Assembly: GCF_006345805.1 (NCBI RefSeq)
Contig: NC_043019.1
Location: 25,605,360-25,669,359, forward strand
DNA length: 64,000 nt
Direction: 5' to 3'
DNA from: Octopus sinensis
Lineage: Eukaryota
Each line of letters begins with the position of its first letter. Positions within the stretch are counted from its first letter, which is position 1. Shown here one piece after another: positions 1 through 12,620 of the stretch. The notes under the pieces are model-generated. The model was not told the DNA's origin. It did not search any database and saw nothing but the letters and a program-made list of their open reading frames with translations. A program made the position numbers and the translations under genes.

Positions 1-153
1 TTTTCAAAACATGATCGTGTAAACATGTATTCAACTTTCAGTCCTAGATTAATTAGTTACAATACGTCCATAAGGTACGTGATTGTATCGCTGAGAGATG
101 TGTTATAGCTGAAGTAGAGAGTTACAGCGTATGGCAAACAGAAAAAAATTATT

Positions 154-192
<39 letters not shown>

Positions 193-2503
193 GCTAGCAG
201 GATCGACCTACTAGAAAGAACAACCAAATATCCCCCACCTCACATCTTACTGTCTTCAAGGAATGAATGATAGAATGGATAACGATGTAGAAATAAAAGA
301 GCAGGTCAGGTGGTCACGGGTGGAGTGTATTTAATCAAAGATTTACTCAACTAGAATCCGACCCCTAACCAAACGACAACCATTAACACTAATGCCCTCT
401 GCCGAGAGAAAGGTTGTATCTGGTCACACAACAAGTTTGAAATAGTAGTTAAATCCACTTAAAAGAACACCTCACATAAACCAGACTATGAACAATCAGA
501 GTTATCTCGATGTAAATAACAGAACTTACAGAAGAAATTTGAGTTCCAAATTCATAAGATATTTCCTCTCTTCACGCCACATAAACTTGGAAGTTTTAAC
601 CATTATTTCTAACTACCGAAGCAGTCCGTATATTTGTTCTTTTATTTTAGTATTAAATCTCATAGACTTGTTTTTTGCCTGGTTGAGGGCCGTCTTGTGC
701 GGTTATTTCATTGCGAATGGTTGTCTTCTGCTGCATCTAACATAGGCTGTCAGATAGCAACACAACGTTATCTGTGTAATCAAGGTCCTCAAGTTGCTTA
801 CACATGGCAAACTGAATTCCTGTCGTTCTGTCTGTTGTGGTGGTTGTCATTTATAAATCGGTCGTTAATAAAATTTGGACAGCAATATTGACCAGACTGG
901 TGGCACTCACACTGATGTGTAACCCCGAATTGCTGAAATGTCAATCGTATTTGTTCTGTTGAATAAAATCTGAAAGTCAGGACTTTTCTCTAAGAACACA
1001 AAGATCTGCAACTTTAACTGAAATGTGAGGTCAGTGCTACCGCATGGAGCAGGGGAGTAGAGGTCATTGGAAGCCAAACTAAAGAAAATGTAGATTTTCG
1101 TTAATCATTGCCTCACGAGGAGAGTCAGTATCTTACTGGCCGAAGAAAATCAGCAGCAGAACCCTGCGGAGGCGAACACAGAACAACGCAGTCGAGACGA
1201 AGAGGAAGGGAAAAATGTAATCCTGGATTAGTGGCGTCCTAAGAAGGACCTAGCACAATGTCGCCAGGAAGTCCCTCCGAGGAATCCTCAGGGTAAGATG
1301 AAGGGAGGAAGATCAAAGAACTCTTAGCAACGTGATCTGGAGAATAAAGTGAGATCTGAATGAAGGTTAAATGCCCGTAACTGAGAGAAAATGCCCAAAA
1401 CAAAGATGAGTTGGAATAGGAGAGTTCGTCTCAGGAGGAGGGCAAAAGCCTGGGCGAGTGAATTAACATGACTAGTATTTGTTTATATACGGTGTTCAAA
1501 AAGTCTCTCCACAGTATTTCATTGCAAAACAAATATTTATAAGATGGTATAAGACTACAAAAGAAGATATTAGACTTTACAAGACTTTAAAAAACTTTAT
1601 AAGAGGTGTTGAAAGTGTCGTCCTTCATTTTCAATACATAAACTTGTTCCTTTTTCTTTAAAAAAAAAATTGTTTGCGGAATCATAAAAGATTTTGAATT
1701 TTGAAAAGAAAAAAAAAAACATTTGAATCCAATTTGTCATAGAGTTGGTTTGATACGTTGTCTTTGCAAAACATTTCTTTGGGTTTCGAGGAGTCATTGA
1801 TTTCAAATTTGATATTAGTAGGGACACAGAAAAAAGTGCATTTAATGACTTATGATTCAATTAACACACAGTAAACACTTTTTAATTATATAGGACTCAA
1901 TTAACACACAGCTAACACCTCCATTTTATTACATATTACATAAATTGCCAGACAAATATCTTCCTTTAATGACCAACATCTCAATTAGGACACCTGAAAT
2001 CATCATTAAATTGTCTATGATTCAACGCAAATTAAACCACCATTTAATTACATATAAAATCATTAACACGGACCTAAAACCCTCATAAAATTTAATTAAC
2101 ACAGCTAAAGTTTTCTTTTAATTACATAAAACGCACTTACACTCAACTAAATTTTTCAATTTCATAAAATTTAATTAACGCACAATTAATACCTTCATTT
2201 AATTGCATATACGATACAATTCACACGTAATTAACAGCCTCAATATCACCACAACCATCAGGCGCTGACCTCTCTGGATACCTCTCATGGTGATGCCAAA
2301 CACATTACCCAAAACTTCTTCCTACACAACACAATGCTTCCTTAGACACACCCTGTTAATAAAAGTCCCCTACACTACCCTTCAGCCCTACAAAGGAAAC
2401 CCAAGTTAGGTTCACATTAGATTACCTCTCAAATACATAAAGAAAAGGCTGTTTAACTGATTGGTAAGGGTTCAATACCTAACACAATGCAACTGTTGTC
2501 TGT

Positions 2504-2707
2504 CTTTCATTATCTTTTTACTTGTTTCAGGCATTAAAATGCGGCCATGCTGGGGCATTTCCCGGAAGAGCTTTCTTCTTTAGTCACATGAATCGACCCC
2601 AGTACTTATTTGTAAAATCTGGTACGTATTTTATGAGTTACTTTTGTCGAACGTATTCTATGAGTTACAGGGTCGTAACCACACCGATACCGATTACTAA
2701 GTGGTGG
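2504..2707 (-). mobile_element. SINE family O (tRNA head/CORE-like body), 3' tail fragment
   Basis: Matches reverse complement of the tail seen at 47880-48077 (tttacttgtttcag..tgcggccatgctgg..aatcgaccccag); diverged. Confidence 0.75.
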
Positions 2708-2723
2708 TATATATACATATACA

Positions 2724-2922
2724 CAACGGCATTCTCTCATTTCTGTATTTAAGAGATGAGCAATTATGTAGATTATTTACATTATTTACATTCGACGGGT
2801 ATTTGTCCTCATCTTGTTTGTTGTTAACACAACGTTTCGGCTGATATACCCTCCAGCCTTCATCAGGTGTCTTGGGGAAATTTCGAACCAGGGTTCTCAT
2901 TCCTAAGGTATTTTTCGATGTG
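2724..2922 (-). mobile_element. Penelope-like element terminal repeat (pLTR) fragment
   Basis: Minus strand ACACCTGATGAAGGCTGGAGGGTATATCAGCCGAAACGTTGTGTT is the CTGATGA..CCGAAACGT signature of PLE pLTRs; abuts (ATT)n/(AAT)n. Confidence 0.75.
2826..2871 (-). ncRNA. Minimal type I hammerhead ribozyme fold
   Basis: Stem I GACAC/GUGUU, core CUGAUGA plus extra A, stem II GGCUG/CAGCC, GAAA, palindromic stem III ACGU, cleavage triplet GUU. Confidence 0.7.
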
Positions 2923-2946
2923 ATTATTATTATTATTATTATTATT

Positions 2947-2987
<41 letters not shown>

Positions 2988-3010
2988 CAACAACAATAAT
3001 AATAATAATA

Positions 3011-3220
3011 GGCACGCGTACCCTTAAAGTAGTTCTCAGAGAGATTCAGCACGATACAGAATGTAACGAGGCCAGCCCTTTGAAATTCAGGTACCACCTG
3101 TTTTTGCCATCTGAGTTACGTGAAGTAAAGCATCTTACTCAAGGACACGACGCGCCGCCGGGAATCGAACTCGCAACTATAGGATCGCGAGTCGAATATC
3201 CTAACCACTCAGCCACGTGC
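3011..3220 (-). mobile_element. tRNA-derived SINE (CORE-like body Y + tail T1)
   Basis: Minus strand A box TGGCTGAGTGG, B box GTTCGATTCCC, GTCCTTGAGTAAG core-like motif; tail shared with 25436-25795. Confidence 0.8.
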
Positions 3221-3743
3221 TTTTAAGTTGTTTAGAATATGAATATAACTGAGTTTATGCAGACATTGATACCCGAGATGAAAAGCAGGGTTGGGGTGGG
3301 GTACACTCCAAGAGTAACACTGAAGGGTTATCCAATTAATATCGGTCGTTATTAGCGTTTGGAGACATTGGACACATCTGATAGCTGGAGTTGATTTCAG
3401 TAATTTTTCTCCTATTGAGTCCTGTTTTGTCACGTAATATCAGTTAGCTTTATCTATTTGAGAGCTTGTATAACAAAATGCGTCATGTCTGTGAAATGCT
3501 TAGGTGTTACAGTTGTGTCTGACTGTAATTTATTGGTCTCCATCTCTCTCCATTTCCCAATTTCTTTCTGTCACTATTTCATCATTTACTAGCAACAACA
3601 ACGACAACAACAACAACATCAACCCTGCCAACTCATCATCACCACCACCACCACCACCAACCAACTAACCAAATAACCAACCAATCAAATCCTTATTTCA
3701 CATCATCTCTCGCCCACTTACACACACGCGTGCTCACGCTCGT

Positions 3744-3744
3744 G

Positions 3745-3797
<53 letters not shown>

Positions 3798-3802
3798 TAT
3801 AT

Positions 3803-3848
<46 letters not shown>

Positions 3849-3918
3849 ATATATATGTATATATATATGTTATATATATATATATATATATAATATATAT
3901 TATATATATATATATATA

Positions 3919-3957
<39 letters not shown>

Positions 3958-3958
3958 C
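3744..3958. repeat. (TA)n microsatellite
   Basis: Direct reading. Confidence 0.95.
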
Positions 3959-4312
3959 ATTACCTATAGCCATTTTACCAACCGTTTCTTAATGAGTTCC
4001 ATCATATTTTCTCACCTGTCCCCCCCCCCTCCCATCAACCCTCCATCAGTCTAATCTCGAGGAATTCCTCACTGAATTTCTCAATCACTATTCGACAATA
4101 TTGCAATTAATTACTTGATTTAATTAATGATATTCACCTTTCAGCAAGGTGAACCTTAACACTGGTTGTCATTTATTTCTCCCACTTCTCTCCCCTCCTC
4201 TTCCTCCTCTCCATCCTCCTATCCTTCATTAGAACGTCACCTGCTCTGTATCTCTCTCTCTCTTTTCCTCTTCTTTCTCATTTTCTCCACACACACACAC
4301 ACACACACACAT

Positions 4313-4493
4313 ATATAATACTGTATGAAACATACACGAAGAGAAAACCACCATGTGGATTACTTACATGCTAAAAATAACAGTCAAGGCCGAAAACCAC
4401 GAAAGAATATTCTTACATTAAAGCATGTTTTAGCATGTAAGAAAAATCCACATGGTGGTTTTCTCTTCGTGTATGTTTCATACACGATTATAT
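4313..4493. repeat. Foldback inverted repeat, about 55-bp arms
   Basis: 4322-4376 is the reverse complement of 4428-4484 (TGTATGAAACATACACGAAGAGAAAACCACCATGTGGATT...). Confidence 0.9.
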
Positions 4494-5233
4494 TTTAAAA
4501 TATTTATGTCTTCTGACTCTTATTATGCATGCTAGCCACTGATAAATAATTGTGCACGTGGCGTGTGTATTATTACAATGCTGCTCATGTAAGTATATCT
4601 TTGTATGTAACCAAAAGTTTAACCAAACTTTGAGCTCAATTACAAATGAGAGTGAAAAAGGCCTAAAAATTCCAACTTGGAGATATTTTGACCATTTGCA
4701 ACACCACCCTGTCTGCAATCCGCATTGGGCTTGTGACAAAGACACTTAGACACTCATATTTCAAATAGCTCAGAGCACTTAGCCATAGATGTGTACTACC
4801 GTGTAGGAATATCTCGCTTCTAGAAGTAGTAACAGCGGTATGAAATGCAACGAGGGTTCCATTAGCGTTTAGGGTTGAGCTCGGTCTTTCTGAGAGAACC
4901 TTAAAGAAAAGGGGTTTCTACTAAGGTTGTATGTTGTAGAAAGACAAGATACTGAAGTAGAACTCCTGTGGTTCATTCGGAGGGTCCTGTGATTCGGGGC
5001 AATGATGATGCTTTTATGTGGTCGTTTGAACTGCTAGTACTAATAGCTAAATCTCCCCAGTGATTGGAACCTGCTGTCTTAAGAAAGATTGGTGCATTAG
5101 CTACTGTGGTACTTGATAACATGTGCTTGATAAACAAAAATACATATGGGATGGTCACAACGGGAATGTCTTTAACTGTAGGTTTGAACAATCAAGGATT
5201 CACTACTATTTAATTCCGATTATAGTTAATTAA

Positions 5234-5435
5234 TAACGGTTTCAAATTTTGGTACAATCCCAGCAAATTTAAGGGAAAAGTGAGTCGGTGAGACCAGTCC
5301 CAGTGTTTAACTGGTACTTATTTTATCGACCCCAAAAAGAAAGACAAAGTCGACCTCGGCGGAATTTGAATTCGAAACATAAAAACCGGAAAAAATGCCG
5401 CTAAGCATTTTATTCGCCGTGCCAGCCGGCGACTC
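5234..5435 (-). mobile_element. SINE family M (Meta-domain-like), diverged
   Basis: aaagtcgacctcggcggaatttgaa and actggtacttattttatcgacccc hallmarks. Confidence 0.85.
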
Positions 5436-5596
5436 ACAATTAATTAATAATTAACACCTAAGCTTCAGCACATCTTGTTCTAATCACCAGTTGAAGATTG
5501 CAGAGTGTAATTCGAGTGAGATTTGTGCACTATTTCAGGCAGGTAAAGTGAACGTATAAAGGATTACCATTTGGTCAGATTAATGCCCAATATATA

Positions 5597-5957
5597 ACCT
5601 TTTCTACTCTAGGCACAAGGCTCAAAATTTTGGGGGAGGGGGCCAGTCAATTAGATAGACCCCAGTACGCAACTGGTACTTATTTAATCGACCCCGAAAG
5701 GATGAATGGCAAAGTCGACCTCGGCGGAATTTGAACTCAGCACGTAACGGCAGGCGAAATACTTATTTCTTTACTACCCACAAGGAGCTAAACACAGAGA
5801 GGAAAAACAAGGACAAACGGATTAAGTCGATTATATCGACCCCAGTGCGTAACTGGCAAAGTCGACCTCGGCGGAATTTGAACTCAGAACGTAGCGGCAG
5901 ACGACATACCGCTAAGCATTTCACCTGGCGTGCTAACGTTGCTGCCAGCTCAGCTCC
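5597..5957 (-). mobile_element. SINE family M dimer (head-bearing copy with an internal deletion + 5'-truncated copy)
   Basis: Two aaagtcgacctcggcggaatttgaactc units; tail tttctttactacccacaagg at 5765. Confidence 0.9.
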
Positions 5958-5992
5958 TTACAGGTATGATTAAAATAAAATGACCAATTATC

Positions 5993-6178
5993 GCGATGTG
6001 GTTGCAGAATCGTTAGCGCAGCGGGCAAAATAATTATCGGCATTTCGTACGTCCTTGACGTTCAGAGTTCAATTTCCTCCTACGTCGACTTTGCCTTTTA
6101 TCCTTTCTGGGGGTCAATTAGATAAGTACCAGTTGAACAGTGGGGGGTCGGTGTAATCGACTTACCACCTTCCCCGAA
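5993..6178 (+). mobile_element. SINE family M, diverged
   Basis: gcagaatcgttagc..gttcaatt..gtcgactttgcctttt..aagtaccagttgaac. Confidence 0.8.
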
Positions 6179-6504
6179 CCACATGGTAATGCACTCAAAA
6201 ATTTATAAGCAATATAAAAAGGTAAATTATTGTTTTTTTTATTTTTCTCTGATTATTGTGTGATAAATTTTTAATTTAAAAATATATTTAAGAAAAATCA
6301 AAATACAAATCTCCATTTGAAGGGCGCCAGTAATTTCATGTTTGATCTTTAGTGCGCTGGGAAGTTAAAATGATTGAGAATCGTTGCCTCAGAGTCATGT
6401 GAGTCTATCCGCTTTGAACAGAAGTGAACATCCCCCAGAGAGCAAGGAAAATGGACACAGAAGAGCGTTAAGTTCAATTACTCAACAGGAACGCTATTTA
6501 TTTA

Positions 6505-6519
6505 AACACACACACGCAC

Positions 6520-6552
<33 letters not shown>

Positions 6553-6732
6553 TGCACATACACACACACACACATACACACACACATGCACATACACACA
6601 CATACACTACACACACATACACATACACACACACACACACATACACATACACACACATACACATACACACACATACACATACGCACACACACATACACAC
6701 ACACATACACATACACACACACACATACACAC

Positions 6733-6786
<54 letters not shown>

Positions 6787-7380
6787 ATACACATACACAT
6801 TCCCTTGTCTACTCTCTCGTCGTTTTCTCGGCCATCCTCTCTCACTCCTTTTCTGTCATGTTTCCTCTCTAATTCACTCTATTGTCCTCCCTCTCTCATT
6901 TTCGTTTCGCTCTCTGTCATTCTCTCTCGTTCTCCCTATCTTTCTAGTTCTTTCTCTCTCTCTCTCTCTCTCACTTGTTCTCCCTTCGTTTGCTCTTTCT
7001 TTTTCTCTCTTTCATCCCTTCTCTCCTACTCTGTCATTCTCGTTCATTCTGTCCCTCGTTCTTCCTTCCCTCGTTCTTGTTCTCCTTTTCTCTCTCTTCT
7101 TCTGCCTCTCTTTTGTTCTCTCTCTCTCTCTCTCTCACTCGTTCTCCTCTCGTTTGCGCTTTCTCTTTCTCTCTTTCGTTCCTTCTCTCCTCCTCTTTCA
7201 TCCTTGTTCTCGTTTTCTCTCTCTTTTTCTACCTCTCTTTGGTCCTCTCTCTCCCTTCTCACTCCCCCTTCTCTCTCCCCTTCTCTCTCTCATTCTCTCT
7301 CTCCCCTTCTCTCTCTCCTTCTCTCTCTCCCCTTCTCTCTCTCCCCCTTCTCTCTCTCCCCTTCTCTCTCTCTCTCTCTT
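6505..7380. repeat. (CA)n tract followed by degenerate (CT)n polypyrimidine tract
   Basis: Direct reading. Confidence 0.95.
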
Positions 7381-7879
7381 ACATATACGCATACACCATA
7401 TAAATACATACATAGATACATACGAACAAATATACATGCACACACACACACACACAAATAATCAAAATTTAAAAAAATAGTAAAACAAAAAGAACTGAAA
7501 GGATATCAAAGACGGATCTGAAGCAATTAATGGCGTAGAAACAATGCTTTAGCAAAGAGAAGAAATATAACATAATATAATATAATATAATATAATATAA
7601 TATAATATAATATAATGTAATGTGGTATATACATACATATGCCTGTACACACATGCGCACAGATGAGTAAATAAACGTACGACGAAAAAACTAATAGATG
7701 TATAAAGATATTTGATCGTTTAATTTGTGAGCATTTAATAGCTTAATAGAATAAATCTCATTTGCATATCTGACAACCTTTTAGAAATCTCGTTTAAAGT
7801 ACGCCGCGCTAATCTAAATAGATTCACCCGTCCACTTGAGGAACGCCGCCATTTGGAAATGAATCCACGCGAGAAATCT

Positions 7880-8077
7880 TTATCATTGCCATCGACGTTG
7901 CCGTCGCTGTTGTTGTTGTAGTTGTTGTTGTTGTTATTGTTGTTGTTGTTGTTGATGATGATGACGATGGTGATGATGATGATGATTGTAATGATGGTGA
8001 TGATGATGATATGATGATGATGATAATGATGATGATGGTGATTGTGATGATGATGATTATGATGATGGCGGTGATGG

Positions 8078-8110
<33 letters not shown>

Positions 8111-8451
8111 CGGCGGTGATGGTGGTGATGATGATGATGATGGTGATGGTGATGATGATGATGATGATGGCGGTGATGGTGATGATGATGATGATGATGA
8201 TGATGATGGTGGTGATGATTATGACGATGATGATGATAATGATGTTGATAATGATGGTGATGATTATGATGATGATGATGATGGTGAGGATGATGATGAT
8301 GATGATGATGATGGTGATGATTATGATGATGATGATGGTGATGATGATTATGTAATTATTATTTAGGTCCAAGGTCAACAATGATCCATTTTCTATCATG
8401 TATAAGCGATAATGATGTTGATAGTGACGATGATGATGATGATGATGGTGT

Positions 8452-8494
<43 letters not shown>

Positions 8495-8530
8495 AGTGGT
8501 GGTGGTGGTGGTGGTGGTGGTGGTGGTTGT
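7880..8530. repeat. Compound (GTT)n/(GAT)n/(GGT)n trinucleotide tracts
   Basis: Direct reading. Confidence 0.95.
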
Positions 8531-8771
8531 GGGCATAGTGTTAAAGTGTTAGGTGGTAGTCATGGTGGACCGGACACAATGCTTTGTAGCCCTTGTCCAT
8601 CCTTTTATGTTCCGAGTCCACATCTCGAAGAGATGCGAACAGAGCATTTTTTTCTTCTTCATCTTCCTTTCATCCTTTCCAAGTCGATAAAAATCAAGCC
8701 CGCGCCAAATACTTGGTGGCTTTAATCGATTAATTCTTCCAACAAAATTTCTGACCTTATGCCAATCAATG

Positions 8772-8834
<63 letters not shown>

Positions 8835-8841
8835 ATTATTA

Positions 8842-8910
<69 letters not shown>

Positions 8911-8914
<4 letters not shown>

Positions 8915-9078
8915 ATAGTCTTATCTTTATCACGTGCCTTCACTGCACTGCCGAGCGCAGCTCTCTGTGCGTTGGAAAGTGATGTGGTTTATTTTGCTGC
9001 TGTTATCTTCTCTGTATTGAAAATGTTTACGTAGGATGGGTGCAGTGCTTAGTAGTGCTATTTTCTTTTATGTTATAT
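8911..9078 (-). mobile_element. 3' end of RLE-type (R4/NeSL-group) LINE with (TAA)n tail
   Basis: Minus strand encodes (R)KIALLSTAPILRK-like C-terminus; 3'UTR similar to 40598-40700; (ATT)n tract 8773-8912. Confidence 0.8.
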
Positions 9079-9120
9079 ATACATAATACGTACTTACGTA
9101 TATATATATACTCTTTTTAT

Positions 9121-9330
9121 TCTCTTTACTCTTTTACTTGTTTCAGTCATTTGACTGTGGCTATGCTGAAGCACCGCCTTTAGTCGAGCAAATCGCCCCC
9201 AGAACTTATTCTTTGTAAGCCTAGTACTTATTCTATCGATCTCTTTTGCCGAACCGATTAGTTACGGGGACGCAAATACACCAGCATCGGTTGTCAAGCT
9301 ATGTTGGGGGGACAAACACTGGCACACAAA
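9121..9330 (-). mobile_element. SINE family O, 3' tail
   Basis: cttttacttgtttcagtcatttgactgtggctatgctgaagcaccgcctttagtcgagcaaatc. Confidence 0.9.
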
Positions 9331-9342
9331 CACACACACACA

Positions 9343-9374
<32 letters not shown>

Positions 9375-9886
9375 GGAAGGGCAACCGAAATACTGCTAAG
9401 CATTCCGGCCGACGTGCTAACGATTCTGCCAGCTCGCCGCCTTAAAAGAAGGAAATATTCAACATATTCTAACGAACAATTAATAAAAAAATATTTCAGT
9501 CGGTGTAACGAATAATTTTGAAGACATCCGTTGCAGCAATTACGTTCATTGAGAAGAAAATTGTTAAACCTTTCAAATATTAAATGCATTAAAGCTAATC
9601 TTACCTGTATCATAGCCACAAATCAAAAGTTTGGATTTAACACAGTTCCCAGAAAAAGACAGTTGAAAAAATTATGTAAAACCAAACAGTGTTTCGTTGT
9701 TTCAGGATCTAACCCAAGAGGAAACAATGGAAAAATATTTCTATGTTTTAAAAACGAACTACTATCAGAAGCAGAACTATAAAATATTTAAGGAAAAATT
9801 CTCTCTTCAAAAATGAAGAAAGTTATAGCCATATCTGCTCCATTTCTAAAAACGAAGGCTCCGTCAAAAGACAGGGAAATTATTAA

Positions 9887-10094
9887 ATGTACCCCATCTT
9901 GTACAGCGATACCCCAGTTTTTGGAGAAGAGAAATATAAGGGTGATGATAAAGATACACTGGAAACGATGTTGAGTGAATCCATGGCCGGTCGTCCACTT
10001 TACATCTCACTAAAGGTTGACGCGGGCAACATTTGGTCGGGAAGGAATGGCAAAATGGATTTGCAAGTTCTTACAGCCTGCGGGGGCCACAAAG
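9887..10094 (+). CDS. Candidate coding exon of unknown gene (MYPILYSDTP...ACGGHK)
   Basis: Non-repetitive ATG-initiated open frame with AAG|GTAAAC donor, phase 1; no recognised homology. Confidence 0.2.
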
Positions 10095-10516
10095 GTAAAC
10101 CGAAATTGTTTCATTTGAGAGCGCCGAGACATTAAAACGTGAGTTAGATAAGGAAGAGGATCGGTTTCTGTCGTTACATGTCATAGTAAGGGCTACTCTA
10201 TGATCTTTTGCCCTCAAGAATCTGAAAGATTACAGGACAAAAAATAAAAGACACGAGACCAGCCGAGACCAAGAGCAGTAACCCCCACCCTAACCCCAGT
10301 TTCCAAGGCCACTGTCAATAAACTTTAGTATTTTAATCACCTCTTGAAAATTAAAAGATAAAAATTGCCAAAGTACGTAAGCATCTGTAATTACCTATTT
10401 CCAACTAAAAAGTGCGCATGCGTATGTGAGTGAGTATGTGTGTGTGTGTCCGTATCTATATGTAACTGTATGAATAATCGTCTTAAAAATACTCTCTCCC
10501 TCCCTCCCCTCTCTAT

Positions 10517-10610
<94 letters not shown>

Positions 10611-10647
10611 GTCTGTATGTCTGTCTATCTATCTATATATCTATCTA

Positions 10648-10713
<66 letters not shown>

Positions 10714-11044
10714 CCCGTATTAATGTTCATATGTGCGTAGCTGACTATTGACCACATTTGTGTGAATACTTAATGATTACCATTCAGACATTTATGCATG
10801 CGTGTTGTTACGAATATTTATAGAAAATTATTATATATGTGTGTGTACACACACATACACATGTATTTATACACGCAAGCTTGTAAACATATAAGCGCAT
10901 GTAGGCACATATATGTACATTCATGCAAAATGCACACATGCATACATACTTACATACACACACAATTTCACTCATATCCAAACAACATATACATGCCCTA
11001 TGTATGACCACTAGCGCGCGTATAATATAGTATAGTATGGTATA

Positions 11045-11076
<32 letters not shown>

Positions 11077-11101
11077 GATATAATATATATATATATATAC
11101 A

Positions 11102-11134
<33 letters not shown>

Positions 11135-11135
11135 C

Positions 11136-11203
<68 letters not shown>

Positions 11204-11303
11204 CATATATATATATACATATATATACATACATATATGTATTATATACATATATATATTTATATATATATATACATATATATATATGTATTTAGAGAGA
11301 TGA

Positions 11304-11345
<42 letters not shown>

Positions 11346-11365
11346 GATAGATAGATAGATAGATT

Positions 11366-11398
<33 letters not shown>

Positions 11399-11421
11399 GA
11401 TAGATAGATAGATAGATAGAT

Positions 11422-11456
<35 letters not shown>

Positions 11457-11457
11457 C

Positions 11458-11498
<41 letters not shown>

Positions 11499-11562
11499 TT
11501 ATGTATATATATGCATGTGTATTTATGCATGTTTTATATGACAAACATGTTTTAACTTGCAG

Positions 11563-11687
11563 AAAATTCAGAGGCGAAAGTCATTAAAGGCGTTATTGCT
11601 GACGATACCAATGGCAACAGTAACCATATAGACACGCGTGAAAGCATCAAGGAAGTGGGATCGATCTCGTGTCGGCCAATGGGGCGT
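11563..11687 (+). CDS. Candidate internal exon, 125 bp (xNSEAKVIKGVIADDTNGNSNHIDTRESIKEVGSISCRPMGR)
   Basis: Acceptor TGTTTTAACTTGCAG, consensus donor GTAAGT, open frame, GC higher than flanks; no recognised homology. Confidence 0.35.
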
Positions 11688-11959
11688 GTAAGTCAACTCC
11701 AGCAACAACGATAATGGCAAATGTAGTCGTATCAAATATTGGCGAAAACATAGCGATACCAAATTTTAATCGCACCACAGGAACACAAACCAACGATGGA
11801 GTCCTATGAGGTCGATGGACTTGCTAGAAATAGCATCCAAGTTAGTTTAGGTAAGTGTTGATCGCTAATAAGGTCTAATGAGTCACTCTCGAAACTACGG
11901 CTAACGGGCGCTGGTGTGGATTTTCATGGCGTTAACTTGACTGACTGTTCAGGACTCTA

Positions 11960-12114
11960 ATCCATCACTGAGTTGACCCCAGTCCCAACTGGGACGCACT
12001 TTCAACTGAGTGAAATCGAGTAACATAAAAATGAATACTTGGTTCAACAGTCCGCCTGAGTCGATCCCTCGAGCTAACGATTGTGAGTCACTCACCCTTA
12101 ACCACTGGACCATG
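11960..12114 (-). mobile_element. tRNA-derived SINE, diverged
   Basis: Minus strand TGGTCCAGTGGTTAAGG A box and degenerate B box. Confidence 0.6.
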
Positions 12115-12187
12115 GTCTTGCATTTTGTAATTATAGGCTGTAGAAAATAATTAATATAGTTCTACTTTCATATTCCTTACAGCTAAA

Positions 12188-12620
12188 AGACGGCGAGCTG
12201 CCAGAATCGTTAACGGGCCGGGCAAAATGCTTATCGGTATTTCTTTCGGATCTGAGTTCAAATGCCGCAACGGGCGACTTTGCCTTTTCATCCTTTCGGT
12301 GGTATGGGTCAATTAAACAAGTACCATGGGTCGATGTAATCGATTTAACCCCCGCCTCTGAAACTATTGCCATTTGAAATCAGTATTTCTTAATGTTAAG
12401 GCAGCGAGTTGGCTGAATCGTTTCCATGCCGGAAAAAAATGCTTAACGGCATAACCTTTAGGTCTTTACGTTCTGAGATCAAATGCCACAACGGTCGATT
12501 TTGCCTTTCATCCTTTGAAGGCCAATTAAACAAGTACCAGTTGAGCAGTAAAGTCGATATAATTAGCTTAACCCCGCCTCCCCCGAAATTGCTGGCCTTG
12601 TGCCAAAATTTGAAATTATT
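12188..12620 (+). mobile_element. Two tandem SINE family M copies (12188-12365, 12398-12620)
   Basis: ggcgagctg(c/g)cagaatcgtt.. heads and gactttgccttt(t/c)atcctt bodies. Confidence 0.85.

Noticed and set aside
1270-1460. Possible ancient LINE coding remnant on the minus strand
   Set aside because: Only ambiguous short motif resemblance in different frames; cannot support a call
4552-4749. ORF with C-x-C spacing vaguely like a GIY-YIG nuclease beside the foldback
   Set aside because: Lacks the Y-x-G and R..EH catalytic motifs; resemblance too weak
6384-7480. Long ORFs up to 291 aa (HT/SL-rich)
   Set aside because: Translations of (CA)n and (CT)n repeats that lack stop codons; the same applies to 7824-8399, 15843-16887, 52837-53733, 58794-59669 and 61764-62381
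11865-11900. CTAATGAGTCACTCTCGAAAC hammerhead-like string
   Set aside because: G5 mutated, stem II and stem III do not pair properly
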